DNA of 64,000 nt from Pseudomonadota bacterium (GCA_021325135.1 JAJPHT010000004.1:18527-82526); one strand, 5' to 3'; numbered from the stretch's first letter, positions 10,197-20,152 are shown. Made by a program: numbers and translations. The notes: a model not told the origin generated them from the letters alone.

Positions 10197-10418
10197 ATGG
10201 TCCGCCGCGAGCCCCGACCGTTCGCGACCCTCGGCATGGTCCTCCTCGTGGCGATCCTCGTCGCGGGGTGCGCCTCCACGCAGGAGAGCGTCGCGCCCAA
10301 CACGACCGCGAACGGATCGGGCAACCTCAGCAATTCGACGAACGAGACGCCCACGTCGCCCTTCCCGGGGTTCAACACGACGGCGGGAAGCGGCCAGACG
10401 CCGGTCGTGGGGCCCTGA
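10197..10418 (+). CDS. Small Ser/Thr-rich lipoprotein
   Basis: Lipobox LVAGC followed by a low-complexity tail. Confidence 0.6.
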   Translation: MVRREPRPFATLGMVLLVAILVAGCASTQESVAPNTTANGSGNLSNSTNETPTSPFPGFNTTAGSGQTPVVGP

Positions 10419-10781
10419 TCAGCGCCGCGCGGCGTACGCCTTCCGGATGAACTCCTGCACGTGCCCGTCCAGGGCGTCGGAGGAGTCCAGCGCCACGTAG
10501 CGGTCGACGCCGCGGCGCAGCAGGCGTCCCATGGGGTCCTCCAGCGGCACGTCCTCGGGGAACGCCAACGTGGGCGGCCCGCGCGCCGAGCGCACCGACA
10601 CGAAGGGGCGGGTCCGGCGAAGGTACGCGACCTCGCCGCTCTCCACCCGCTCGACGACGTCGGGGCCCAGCGAAAGCGCCAGCGCGCGCACGGCGAGGAA
10701 CGCCATGCGCGGCTCGGGGCGCATCCGCTGGAGGAATCCCGTGAGGCGCGCATGCTCCGCGCGCACGTCCTGCTCGCTCAC
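10419..10781 (-). CDS. Hypothetical protein (possibly DUF5655/DUF1801-like)
   Basis: Plausible globular ORF ending FIRKAYAARR; family assignment is tentative. Confidence 0.6.
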   Translation of the reverse strand: MSEQDVRAEHARLTGFLQRMRPEPRMAFLAVRALALSLGPDVVERVESGEVAYLRRTRPFVSVRSARGPPTLAFPEDVPLEDPMGRLLRRGVDRYVALDSSDALDGHVQEFIRKAYAARR

Positions 10782-10850
10782 CGGGCGCAGGATATGGGAC
10801 GTTCCTGCGGTGAAGGCTTGTGGTACGGGAATGAGGGGGAAATGGGAGGT

Positions 10851-10880
10851 TCAGGAGGGGCTCGCCCCCCGAACCCCCCG
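10851..10880. repeat. REP-like palindromic repeat copy
   Basis: TCAGGAGGGGCTCGCCCCCCGAACCCCCCG resembles the copies at 18438 and 51814. Confidence 0.7.
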
Positions 10881-10883
10881 CTT

Positions 10884-12695
10884 TCACCTGCACGATTGCC
10901 GGATGAGCGCCCCGCAGGGCGGCTCGGGTGCCTGGGCGCGCGCCCCGGGCAGCACGGGCAGCGTGAGGACGCTGGGGTGCTGCGCGTCGTGGAGCACCGT
11001 GTCCACCGCGGGGAGGGGCGTGGGGGCCAGGGCCCACAGCTCGGGGATCGTGGTGGGGGCCTCGATGGCGAGGCGGATCTGCGTGCCAGCGCGGAAGGCC
11101 TGCCCGAGCGGGAAGACCTCGACGCTGAATTCCTCCGGGGCGCCCGGCGTGAGCAGGCGCTGGTCCGCCTGCTGGTGCGTCTGGTAGGGGCGGTAGAGGG
11201 TGCTCTGCGCGGGGTCCAGCGCGCGGTGGCTCGCGCGCAGCCAGCCCTTCTGGACGTAGGTCTCGTGCCCGTCCGACCCGCCAGGGGAGGATAGGTCGGA
11301 CCGGGGTCCGGCCGTGTCGGGCGTGAGATAGCTCACCGTGACCTGGAAGTCGGTGTCGGGCGCGGTGCTGCTGGCCCAGAAGGTGAGGTTCGCGGGGCCC
11401 AGGGCGACCACGTCGTGGTCCAGCGGCGCGGTGTCGTAGACGAGGCGCGTGGGGCCGGGCGTGGCGAGGTTGGTGGGCGGGCTGCTGGTGGGCCAGTAGC
11501 CGTACCCCGCGTCGTTGGAGGAGGAGCCGCCGTAGGCGTAGCTGTCCGCGGGCTCGGCGCCCTGGGGCGGCTCCGGGGAGAGGGCGCCGCCCTGGTGGAG
11601 GTAGAGGCGCAGCGGCGTGACGTTCTCCACGGGCCACGAGGGGTACGTCGTCGTCCACGAGGGCGCGCGCGTCGCGGCGAGGGCGTCCCACCACACGGTG
11701 ACGCGGGGCTCGCGCTCGAAGCCGTTGTCCTCGCCCTTGACGTAGTGGTCGAAGAAGCGCGCCAGCCGGTCGAGGCTCTGCGGCGTGCGGTACATGCCGT
11801 GGTCGCCGTTGCTCAGCGTCAGGAAGTACGTGGTGTTCAGCCGCTCGACCACGTCCACGCCCCGCACGCCCACCTGCTCGTCCTGCCAGCTCTGGAAGAG
11901 ATAGAGGGGCACGGTGATGTTGCTCACGAGGTAGAGCGGGCTCCGCTCCTTGATGAGGTCGTCGTCCCACATGTGCTCCTGCGCCTGCACGAAGGGGTTG
12001 TAGCGCGCGTTGAGCGCCTGCCGCTGGGCGACGTTTTGCGCGCAGAGGGTGTCGCCCGCCGCGATCTGCCGCCCCTCGGCCTCGTAGCCGGGCTCGGGCT
12101 GGGCGAGGAAGCTCCAGAGGCCCGCGAAGCCGTCGTTGAAGATGCCGCCCGGGTAGGCCACGTCGCGGTAGATGTCGCCATAGACATGCCCCGGCGCGGC
12201 GGCCAGGAGGTGCGGAGGACGCTTGGCGGCGACGAAGAGCTGCGTGATGCCCGGGTAGGACTTGCCGATCATGCCCACCTTGCCGTCGCTCCACGTCTGG
12301 TTCGCCACCCACTCGACGGCGTCGTAGCCGTCGTCGGCCTGCACGGGCGCGAAGAAGTCGAACACGCCGCCGCTGCACCCGGTCCCGCGCACGTTCACGC
12401 CGATGAGCGCGTACCCCTTGGCGAGGTACGTGGGCGCGTAGCCCGCGCCGGGGCCCGAGTCGAATTGATAGCCCGGGCTGTAGCCGCTGTACTCCATGAG
12501 CGTGGGGAAGCGGCCCGAGCCGTCGCCGGGCAGGAGGAGATCGTAGGCGAGGAGCGTGCCGTCGCGCGTCGCGAGGTAGCCACGCTTCTCCACGTAGCCC
12601 GAGGGCGCGGAAGGGGTCGAGGAGGCGGCGCCGGAGAGGCACCCGGCCACCAGGAGGAGGGCCACGAGGGCGACCGCGCGGAGACGAAGCGGCAT
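10884..12695 (-). CDS. CocE/NonD family (S15-like) hydrolase, lipoprotein
   Basis: Lipobox VAGC; VNVRGTGCSGG, nucleophile elbow GKSYPG, C-terminal PepX-like domain. Confidence 0.92.
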   Translation of the reverse strand: MPLRLRAVALVALLLVAGCLSGAASSTPSAPSGYVEKRGYLATRDGTLLAYDLLLPGDGSGRFPTLMEYSGYSPGYQFDSGPGAGYAPTYLAKGYALIGVNVRGTGCSGGVFDFFAPVQADDGYDAVEWVANQTWSDGKVGMIGKSYPGITQLFVAAKRPPHLLAAAPGHVYGDIYRDVAYPGGIFNDGFAGLWSFLAQPEPGYEAEGRQIAAGDTLCAQNVAQRQALNARYNPFVQAQEHMWDDDLIKERSPLYLVSNITVPLYLFQSWQDEQVGVRGVDVVERLNTTYFLTLSNGDHGMYRTPQSLDRLARFFDHYVKGEDNGFEREPRVTVWWDALAATRAPSWTTTYPSWPVENVTPLRLYLHQGGALSPEPPQGAEPADSYAYGGSSSNDAGYGYWPTSSPPTNLATPGPTRLVYDTAPLDHDVVALGPANLTFWASSTAPDTDFQVTVSYLTPDTAGPRSDLSSPGGSDGHETYVQKGWLRASHRALDPAQSTLYRPYQTHQQADQRLLTPGAPEEFSVEVFPLGQAFRAGTQIRLAIEAPTTIPELWALAPTPLPAVDTVLHDAQHPSVLTLPVLPGARAQAPEPPCGALIRQSCR

Positions 12696-12800
12696 CGCGC
12701 GCCGACCCCTCCCCGCCGGCTTGAACGCTTTGGTGAGCCCGGCTCTCCTTCCCTGGAAAGCGGCCGGAAGCCGGATGCAGCCCGCGCGCCAAGAGGGCCC

Positions 12801-13001
12801 ATGCGGTCCCTTCTGCTGCTGGGGCTCTGCGTCGCGCTCCTGTCCGGCTGCTTCGCCCCCGAGGGGAGCGAGTCGACGGCGCCCAGCAGCCCGACCGTCG
12901 CGCAGCCCCCCGCGGGGACCCCCACGGGCTGCGCGGGCCCCGGCCCTGCCGCGACGAGCCGCGTCTGCAACGACACGGACCTCGCCAACGCGTCCATCTG
13001 A
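12801..13001 (+). CDS. Small lipoprotein
   Basis: MRSLLLLGLCVALLSGC lipobox; GAGGG upstream. Confidence 0.6.
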   Translation: MRSLLLLGLCVALLSGCFAPEGSESTAPSSPTVAQPPAGTPTGCAGPGPAATSRVCNDTDLANASI

Positions 13002-13042
13002 AGCGCGAAATCCTCATGCCGGGCGCCCGCCTCGGCCCTCCC

Positions 13043-13726
13043 ATGACGCGCGCCGTCGTGCTCCTCTCGGGCGGCCTCGACTCCACCGTCGCCTGCGCCA
13101 TGGCCAAGGCCGCGGGCCACGAGGTCCACGCCGTGTCGTTCGACTACGGGCAGCGCCACAGGCGCGAGCTGGAGAGCGCGAAGGCCGTCGCCAAGGCGCT
13201 GGGCGCGCGCTCGCACTCCGTCCTCAAGGTGCCCGTGGGAGACTACGGCGGCAGCGCGCTGACCGACCACGGGATCGCCGTGCCCACCGGGCGCTCCGAG
13301 AAGGACATGGGCGCCGACATCCCGGTGACCTACGTCCCCGCGCGCAACATCGTCTTCCTCTCGCTGGCGCTGGGCGTCGCGGAGGTCAAGGACGCGGAGG
13401 CCATCTACATCGGCGCGAACGCCCTGGACTACTCGGGCTACCCCGACTGCCGGCCCGAGTTCTTCGCGGCCTTCGAGGAGATGGCCCGCCGCGGCACGAA
13501 GCGCGGCGTCGAGGGGCGCCCCGTGCGCATCGAGGTGCCCCTCCAGAGCATGACCAAGGCGGACATCGTGCGCGAGGGCCTCCGCCTCAAGGCCCCTCTG
13601 GACCTGACGTGGTCGTGCTATCAGGGGGGCGAGGTCGCCTGCGGGGTCTGCGACTCGTGCGTCCTGCGCCTGAAGGGCTTCCGCGAGGCGGGGGCCGCGG
13701 ACCCGGTCCCCTACGCGCGGCGTTAG
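13043..13726 (+). CDS. queC: 7-cyano-7-deazaguanine synthase
   Basis: LLSGGLDS, YGQRH, YVPARN, YPDCR, SCY...CGVCDSC. Confidence 0.97.
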   Translation: MTRAVVLLSGGLDSTVACAMAKAAGHEVHAVSFDYGQRHRRELESAKAVAKALGARSHSVLKVPVGDYGGSALTDHGIAVPTGRSEKDMGADIPVTYVPARNIVFLSLALGVAEVKDAEAIYIGANALDYSGYPDCRPEFFAAFEEMARRGTKRGVEGRPVRIEVPLQSMTKADIVREGLRLKAPLDLTWSCYQGGEVACGVCDSCVLRLKGFREAGAADPVPYARR

Positions 13727-13847
13727 GGGATTTTCACAGGACGGTTTCCCGGGTCAAGACCGGTCCAGGCAGCGGGGTTTCCGCAACCGTTAAAGCCGAC
13801 GCCCCCTAAGCGCGCGTCCGTTGCAGCCCGGCCACGAGAGCGTCCCT

Positions 13848-14534
13848 ATGGTGGAGGCGCGGGGCGTCGTCAAGGTCTACCGCACCGGCGCGCTGGAGGT
13901 GCCCGCGCTCCAGGGCGTGGACCTCGTCATCCACCGCGGCGAGATGGTCGCCGTCATGGGCCCCTCCGGCTGCGGGAAGACGACGCTCCTCAACTGCCTC
14001 TCGGGGCTCGACGACATCGACCGGGGGAGCGTCCACGTCGCGGGGCGCGAGATCACCTCCATGAAGGACGCCGAGCGCACCGCGTTCCGCGCCCGCAGCA
14101 TGGGCTTCATCTTCCAGTCCTACAACCTGCTCCCCGTGCTCACCGCGGCGGAGAACGTCGAGCTTCCCCTCCTCGTGGGCGGCGTCGACCCGCGCAGCGC
14201 CCGCAAGCGCGCGCTGGAGGCGTTGGCCTCCGTGGGCCTGCGCGAGCGCGCGGACCACAAGCCCACGGAGCTTTCCGGCGGCCAGCAGCAGCGCGTCACC
14301 ATCGCGCGCTCGCTGGTGAACGATCCCGCCATCGTGTGGGCCGACGAGCCCACGGGCAACCTCGACACCAAGACCGGCCGCGAGGTCCTCGACATCATGC
14401 ACCGGCTCAACCGCGAGCGCGGGCAGACCTACGTCATCGTCACGCACGACCCAGCGCTCGCCGCGACGTGCGACCGCATCATCCACATGGAGAGCGGCCT
14501 CATGGAGCGCGAGGAGATCCCCGCGAAGGCGTGA
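13848..14534 (+). CDS. ABC transporter ATP-binding protein (LolD/MacB-like)
   Basis: [29 protein letters not shown]. Confidence 0.95.
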   Translation: MVEARGVVKVYRTGALEVPALQGVDLVIHRGEMVAVMGPSGCGKTTLLNCLSGLDDIDRGSVHVAGREITSMKDAERTAFRARSMGFIFQSYNLLPVLTAAENVELPLLVGGVDPRSARKRALEALASVGLRERADHKPTELSGGQQQRVTIARSLVNDPAIVWADEPTGNLDTKTGREVLDIMHRLNRERGQTYVIVTHDPALAATCDRIIHMESGLMEREEIPAKA

Positions 14535-14537
14535 GCC

Positions 14538-17500
14538 ATGGACCCCTACGTCGCGTGGCCGCTGGCGATCGTGGGCGTCGTGCTGCTGGGGTTCGGCGCG
14601 CTGGCGTGGCGCCACCAGGTGCTCGCGCGCATGGGCGTGCGCAACGCGATGCGCCGCAAGTGGCAGAGCGCGGTCGTCGTCGCGGGCCTCATGGTGGGCA
14701 CCGCCATCATCGCGGGCAGCTTCGCCTCGGGCGACTCCCTCTCCTTCGGCATCCGCAAGGGCGCCTACGACGCGCTGGGCCCCGCGGACGTCTTCCTCCA
14801 GACGGAGGGGCAGCTCCACTACCCCGCGGCGCTGCTGGACGACATCCGCGCGAACGCCACCGCGATGAAGGACGTGAAGGCCCTGGCGCCGCTTCTCTAC
14901 GAGGAGGCCGCGCTCTCGGCGCCCGCGACGCACCAGAGCGAGCCGCGCGTGTCGCTCATCGGCCTCGACCCCGCGACGCAGCGGCCCTTCGGCGCGCTCC
15001 ACCTGAGGGGCGGCGGCGTCTTCGACCCCGCGACCCTGGGGCCGGACGACGTGGCGCTCCAGGACGAGGTCGCCGACAAGCTGGGCGTCAAGGCGGGCGA
15101 CTCCGTCTCGCTCCACTACGCCCCGGCCCCCGTGCCGCGCATCCCCAAGCTGTTCCTCTTCAACGGCAGCGTCACCGCTTCCGCGGGCGCGTGCCCCGTC
15201 CCCGGCACGCCCGCGTGCGCGTTCGTCTCGCCGCCCACGGACGCCACCTCCTTCCAGGTGCCCGTGCAGCCCGGCGCCGTGGGGCTGACCACCCTCGTCG
15301 CGTGGCAGGGGGGCGCGGACCTCGACCAGATCGTCAAGGCCCCTGACGGGACCACGTACGCCAACACCAACGGCACGCCCGCGGCTCCCGACGACCCCAG
15401 CGTGCTCAACGTCACGGGAAAGCTCGCGCCGGGCAACTGGACGCTCCAGGTGGGCGCCAAGGCCGCCGCGCAGCAGCCCTTCCGCGCGGTCGCCATGGTG
15501 TTCTACGAGGAGTACAACCTCACCGCGCTCCAGCAGTTCGCGAAGCAGGCGCAGGCCGCCGGCTTCGACCCCGCGCAATTGGGCGCCTCCACCGCGCCGG
15601 GCGAGGGGCAGAGCGCGAGCCTCACCGTGAAGGCCGTCGTGACCAAGGAGGGGTTCGGCGGCTTCCTCCTGGGGGAGAACGCCTTCGCGCGCCTCGACAC
15701 CGTGGGCCGCCTCTACGGCGTCGAGGGGAAGACGAACCTCGCCCTGGCCAGCGCGGACCTCGATCCCGTGAAGGGCCCCCAGCGGACGGCGCTCCTCCTC
15801 GACGCGCTGCCCAAGGCCGTGAACGCCAGCGCCGCGCTCCACCCCGACCAGCCCGCCATCCGCAGCGTGCACGTGACGCCCGTGAAGGAGCGCTTCCTGG
15901 ACGCCGCGGACCGCGCCGGCACGCTGTTCAAGGAGTTCCTCACCAGCATCGGCTCCTTCACCGTGATCGCGGGGATCATGCTCATCGTCAACATCTTCGT
16001 CATGCTCGCCGAGGAGCGCAAGAGCGAGCTTGGCATGGCGCGCGCCGTGGGCCTCTCGCGCCGGCAGCTGGTCTACCTCTTCGGGTTCGAGGGCATGCTC
16101 TACGCGCTCCTCGCGACCGCGGTGGGCGTGCTCCTGGGCGTGGCGCTCGCCTACGGCCTCATCTTCGGCTTCAACGGCATCCTCGCCAACCGCACCGACA
16201 ACGGGCCCGCGTTCACCATCCCCTTCCACGTCGAGCCTTCGAGCCTCGCCATCTCCGGCGCGGCGGGCTTCCTCATCACGCTGGTCACCGTCGCCGTCGC
16301 CTCGTGGCGGGTGAGCCGGCTCAACGTCGTGCGCGCCATCCGCCACGTCGAGGAGCCCCCGAAGACGCCCGGCCGCGCGGCGCTCCTCGTGGGCGCGCTC
16401 CTCGCCCTGGGCGGCGTCGCCTACGCGGCCGAAGGCTGGCTCTCCAACGACTTCCCCGGCAAGATCCTCGGCCCCTGCCTCGCCATGCTGGGTGCGGGGC
16501 TCCTGGCCAGCCGCCTCGTGCGGCCGCGCCTCGCCTATCCCATCGCCGGCGCGGGCATCGCGGCCTTCTGCCTCTACACCATCTTCACCTACGGCAACCC
16601 GCAAGGGCTCGTGAACGCCGTCATGGGGCCCGTCCGCGGCCTCTTCATCGTGCTGGCGGTCGTGCTCATCGTCGTCCACCTCCCGCAGATGGTGAGCCTC
16701 ACCGCGGCGCTCCTGCTGCGCTTCCGGCGCCTCGTGCCCGCCGTGCGGCCGGGCGTCGCGTATCCCCTGGGGAAGAAGACGCGCACGGGCCTGACCATCA
16801 CGATGTTCGCGCTGGTCATGCTGGTCGTCGTGGCGTTCAGCATCTTCGGCTCCACGTTCAACGTCGACCTCCGCAAGCAGAGCGGCGGCTACGACGTGGA
16901 GGGCGACACCACGGTCCCCGTCTCGGGCGATCTCCACGCCTTCGCGCTGGCCAACAAGGACGCCTCGCTCCCCGACCCGTTCCAGCGCGTGGCGCGCTAC
17001 GACGCGCTGCAATACGCCATCGCCTACGGCGGAGGGCTCCTCAAGATCAACGGGCAGCCCATCAACTACCAGGGCCCGCCCGTGGACTACGTCTACGCCT
17101 ACGACGAGGCGTTCGCCCAGAACAACCGCTACGAGCTGCAAAGCGTGGACCCGAGCTATCATTCCCCCCGGGAGGCCTACGAGGCCGTGCTGAAGGACCC
17201 CACGCTGGTCATCGTGAGCGTCGCGGACAACCTCGACTCGCAGGGCCAGCCGGGCGCGCACCACGTCGGGGACACGCTCACCATGGAGACGCCCTCGGGC
17301 ACCGTCTCCTTCCGCATCATCGCGTTCCAGAAGCAGCTCTACCTGGGCGGCGTGTTCGTCAACCCGCAGGTGCTCAAGGCCAACTTCCCCGTCATCCGCG
17401 GCGACTACCTCTTCCAGCTGAAGCCCGGCGAGGACGCGGGCGTCGCGGCGAAGGAGTTGGAGGCCGCCTTCGAGAAGGCCGGCATGGACGCGCAGAGCAT

Positions 17501-17945
17501 CCAGGAGATCGCCCAGAAGCAGGCGCAGCAGACCAAGCAGTTCCTGACGCTCTTCCAGCTCTTCCTGGGCTTCGGCCTCGTCGTGGGCATCGCGAGCCTG
17601 GGCATCGTGACCGCGCGCAGCGTCCTGGAGCGCCGGCAGGAGATCGGCATGCTTCGCGCCGTCGGTTACGGCAAGGCCGACGTGCTGCGCATGCTCTACA
17701 TCGAGATCTACTTCACCACCACGCTGGGCGTCCTCGTGGGGGGCCTCATCGGCGTCCTCACCAGCTACGGCGTCGTCGCCAGCACGCCGGGCCTCAGCGA
17801 GCTTGGCGTCAAGTTCACCATCCCCTGGCTGGACCTCGCTGAGATCCTCCTCCTCGTGTACGCGGCGGTGTTCCTGGCCACCATCGTCCCCGCGCGCCAG
17901 GGCAGCCGCGTGCCGCCCGCGGAGGCCGTGCGCTACGTCGAATGA
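14538..17945 (+). CDS. Large duplicated FtsX/MacB-type ABC permease
   Basis: Two FtsX signatures (ERKSELGMARAVG, ERRQEIGMLRAVG) and two extracellular domains. Confidence 0.92.
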   Translation: MDPYVAWPLAIVGVVLLGFGALAWRHQVLARMGVRNAMRRKWQSAVVVAGLMVGTAIIAGSFASGDSLSFGIRKGAYDALGPADVFLQTEGQLHYPAALLDDIRANATAMKDVKALAPLLYEEAALSAPATHQSEPRVSLIGLDPATQRPFGALHLRGGGVFDPATLGPDDVALQDEVADKLGVKAGDSVSLHYAPAPVPRIPKLFLFNGSVTASAGACPVPGTPACAFVSPPTDATSFQVPVQPGAVGLTTLVAWQGGADLDQIVKAPDGTTYANTNGTPAAPDDPSVLNVTGKLAPGNWTLQVGAKAAAQQPFRAVAMVFYEEYNLTALQQFAKQAQAAGFDPAQLGASTAPGEGQSASLTVKAVVTKEGFGGFLLGENAFARLDTVGRLYGVEGKTNLALASADLDPVKGPQRTALLLDALPKAVNASAALHPDQPAIRSVHVTPVKERFLDAADRAGTLFKEFLTSIGSFTVIAGIMLIVNIFVMLAEERKSELGMARAVGLSRRQLVYLFGFEGMLYALLATAVGVLLGVALAYGLIFGFNGILANRTDNGPAFTIPFHVEPSSLAISGAAGFLITLVTVAVASWRVSRLNVVRAIRHVEEPPKTPGRAALLVGALLALGGVAYAAEGWLSNDFPGKILGPCLAMLGAGLLASRLVRPRLAYPIAGAGIAAFCLYTIFTYGNPQGLVNAVMGPVRGLFIVLAVVLIVVHLPQMVSLTAALLLRFRRLVPAVRPGVAYPLGKKTRTGLTITMFALVMLVVVAFSIFGSTFNVDLRKQSGGYDVEGDTTVPVSGDLHAFALANKDASLPDPFQRVARYDALQYAIAYGGGLLKINGQPINYQGPPVDYVYAYDEAFAQNNRYELQSVDPSYHSPREAYEAVLKDPTLVIVSVADNLDSQGQPGAHHVGDTLTMETPSGTVSFRIIAFQKQLYLGGVFVNPQVLKANFPVIRGDYLFQLKPGEDAGVAAKELEAAFEKAGMDAQSIQEIAQKQAQQTKQFLTLFQLFLGFGLVVGIASLGIVTARSVLERRQEIGMLRAVGYGKADVLRMLYIEIYFTTTLGVLVGGLIGVLTSYGVVASTPGLSELGVKFTIPWLDLAEILLLVYAAVFLATIVPARQGSRVPPAEAVRYVE

Positions 17946-18077
17946 TCGCAAATGAGCAGTCCGGCCCCCCGAGCGGCGTGCTAACGCGTGGACTGCTTCG
18001 CCGTGCCCTGCAGCGAGCGCATTGCAGCTTGCAAGCGCGACACGTTCAAGTTGGCGAGCAGGAGCATACGGTGTCCG

Positions 18078-18305
18078 ATGTCGCGCGAGGCCCTGGACGC
18101 CGCCCTGGAGGCCCAGCCCGCGCTTCGCGTGGAGGCCGCCGACGCCCACGCCCGCATTCAGCGCCTCATCGGCGTCCTGAGGCCGCTGGCCGACGAGGCC
18201 GTCCGGCGCGCGCCGGGCGATCCCGACCTCCTCTACCGCGTGCGGATGCTGGAGCACGCGGCCCGCGAGCTGGAGGACATCCTGGGCTCGCGGACCTGGG
18301 AGTAA
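18078..18305 (+). CDS. Small helical hypothetical protein
   Basis: 75-aa ORF MSREALDAALEAQ... with typical GC3 codon use. Confidence 0.5.
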   Translation: MSREALDAALEAQPALRVEAADAHARIQRLIGVLRPLADEAVRRAPGDPDLLYRVRMLEHAARELEDILGSRTWE

Positions 18306-18309
18306 GTGC

Positions 18310-18465
18310 GGGGGGTTCGGGGGGCGCAGCCCCCCGGAGTCGTTCGTCGTCTCCGCCGCGCCGCAGCGCGGCGACCCAAGGGGGTTTCAGGGGGCGCAGC
18401 CCCCTGAAGTGAAATCAAATCGGTGTGGGCGAAAACGTCAGGGGGCTTCGCCCCCCGAACCCCCC
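18310..18465. repeat. Cluster of three REP-like palindromes (REPIN-like)
   Basis: Copies at 18310-18336, 18380-18407 and 18438-18465 (the last inverted); 18380-18407 is identical over 28 bp to 51752-51779. Confidence 0.85.
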
Positions 18466-19343
18466 AGCGCCGCCCGCGTCGTCGCGAAGTGGACCTTGGC
18501 GACCTCCCGAAGGAGGGGCGGCCCCCCGCGGGCGACGACCTCGCGCGCTGCCTTCACGACCTGCGGCCCCGCCCCCTTGGGCAGGCGCACGCCGTGGCGC
18601 ACCTCCAAGGCTGCAAGGCCCGCCAGGAACTCCGCGCGCGCGACCAGCGAGGCCGCCGCGACCGCCACGTCCGACTCGGCGTGGGTGGCCTGCCGCACCG
18701 TCGCCTGCACGCCGCGGTCGCGAAGCTGCCGCTCCAGGACGCCCGGGTGCGCGAACTGGTCCACCAGCACGTCGGCGGGCCCGGCCTGGTCGAGGAGCCG
18801 CTCCAGCGCGGCGGCGTGCATGGACGCCAGTAGCACGTTGAGGTTGCCCACCCGCTCGTAGGCCTCGTTGTAAGCGGGGGGCGCCAGCGCCTCCGCGACG
18901 TGGGGGCAGCGCGCGCGGACGAGGCTCGCCAGGAGGGCCGCCTCGGCGTCGGCCACGAGCTTGGAGTCGCGCACGCCCTTCTCCACCAGCAGGCGCGCGG
19001 TGGCCGCGTCGGGCACGAGGACCGCGGCGACGCAGAGGGGCCCGAAGTAGTCGCCCTTCCCCGACTCGTCCGCGCCGGCGTGGGGCGCGAAGCTCGCGAG
19101 GGCCGGGCGCGCCGCCGTCTCCTCGCGCTGCGCCAGGCGATTGCCCGCGAGGACGCCCGCGTACTCCTCCGCCTGCTCCCCGTTGACGAGGAGCTTCCCG
19201 CTGGCGTAGGCCGTGAGGCTGACGCCAGGGCGCTGCGCAAAGAGGAGGGCGTGCGGGCGGCTGCCCACCTCGAACCCGCCGCGGCGCAGGAAGGCGCGAA
19301 GCTCCTCCGCGCGCTCGGGCTCGAAGCGCAGGACGACGTTCAC
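18438..19343 (-). CDS. rnhC: Ribonuclease HIII
   Basis: N-terminal TBP-like domain (LTAYASGKLLVNG), GADESGKGDYFGP, GVRDSK, VAAASLVAR, LPKGA, AKVHF. Confidence 0.9.
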   Translation of the reverse strand: MNVVLRFEPERAEELRAFLRRGGFEVGSRPHALLFAQRPGVSLTAYASGKLLVNGEQAEEYAGVLAGNRLAQREETAARPALASFAPHAGADESGKGDYFGPLCVAAVLVPDAATARLLVEKGVRDSKLVADAEAALLASLVRARCPHVAEALAPPAYNEAYERVGNLNVLLASMHAAALERLLDQAGPADVLVDQFAHPGVLERQLRDRGVQATVRQATHAESDVAVAAASLVARAEFLAGLAALEVRHGVRLPKGAGPQVVKAAREVVARGGPPLLREVAKVHFATTRAALGGSGGEAP

Positions 19344-19429
19344 GCATAAGCGACGCAAGGATCGGGCAAGAGAGCTTCGATCCTTGAACCACAAACGGTG
19401 TCCGGGTGCGCGAAGAGGATATGGGTTCC

Positions 19430-20152
19430 ATGCGGCGAGGGCTCGCTTCGATTCTCGCTGCGGCGCTCCTCCTGGCGGCGGCAAGCCCGGTGGCGCTCGC
19501 CGCGAAGGGGCAGCCCTCCAGGCTCCCCGCCCTGCCGCCCAAGCTCCCTCTGCAACCGGCCCCCGCCGTGCCCGGCCAGTCGGTGTCACCCACGACCCCG
19601 GCCCCCGGGGCCCCGGGAGGGACCGCAGGCGACTGGGTGGGGCTCATGGGGATCGGGGCCGCGTCGCTGGGACTCCTGGCCCTGGGGCTCGTGGTGGCGT
19701 CCCGGGCGCGCCGCGCCAAGCCCGTCCGCGCGCCCAAGCGCACGCGGGAAGGGGGGCGCATGAAGGCCCGGGCGCTGGCCCCCCGCACCGTCGACCAGGC
19801 GTTCGTGCAGCTGGCCGAGGCGCGCCTGGGCGCGCTGCTGGAGGCTGCGCCCATCGCGGGCGGCGCGCGCATCCTCGTCGAGCGCACGCGCGGCCACCCT
19901 TGCGAGCAGGTGTCCGGCTTCCTGGCGGGCCTCTTCGAGTCCGTGTGGGCCATCGACGTGCGCGTGGAGCACGCGCAGTGCGCGGGCCGCTCGGGACCTT
20001 GCCGCTACCTCGTGATGCGGGCCGACGCGCCTCCGGTGCGCGTGGAGCCCGCGCGCCTCAGCGGTGCCGCTGCTCCAAGGGAAGCAGCATCGACTCCAGG
20101 ATGGCCAGGCGCGGCTCGTCGATCGCCTCGAGCTCGCGGTGGTGCCGGCTGA
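19430..20152 (+). CDS. Membrane protein with C-terminal V4R-like domain
   Basis: Signal peptide, Pro-rich linker, TM helix, then CEQVSGFLAGLFE...VEHAQC...C. Confidence 0.6.
   Translation: MRRGLASILAAALLLAAASPVALAAKGQPSRLPALPPKLPLQPAPAVPGQSVSPTTPAPGAPGGTAGDWVGLMGIGAASLGLLALGLVVASRARRAKPVRAPKRTREGGRMKARALAPRTVDQAFVQLAEARLGALLEAAPIAGGARILVERTRGHPCEQVSGFLAGLFESVWAIDVRVEHAQCAGRSGPCRYLVMRADAPPVRVEPARLSGAAAPREAASTPGWPGAARRSPRARGGAG

Noticed and set aside
13806-18257. Very long ORFs in the track (e.g. 1483 aa at 13806-18257, 1020 aa at 34291-37353, 911 aa at 10372-13107)
   Set aside because: Antisense or off-frame shadows of recognisable genes, caused by high GC; Arg/Gly/Ala-rich with no motifs
18310-18465. 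Clustered ~28-bp repeats as a CRISPR array
   Set aside because: Only three copies, mixed orientation, dispersed copies elsewhere and no cas genes
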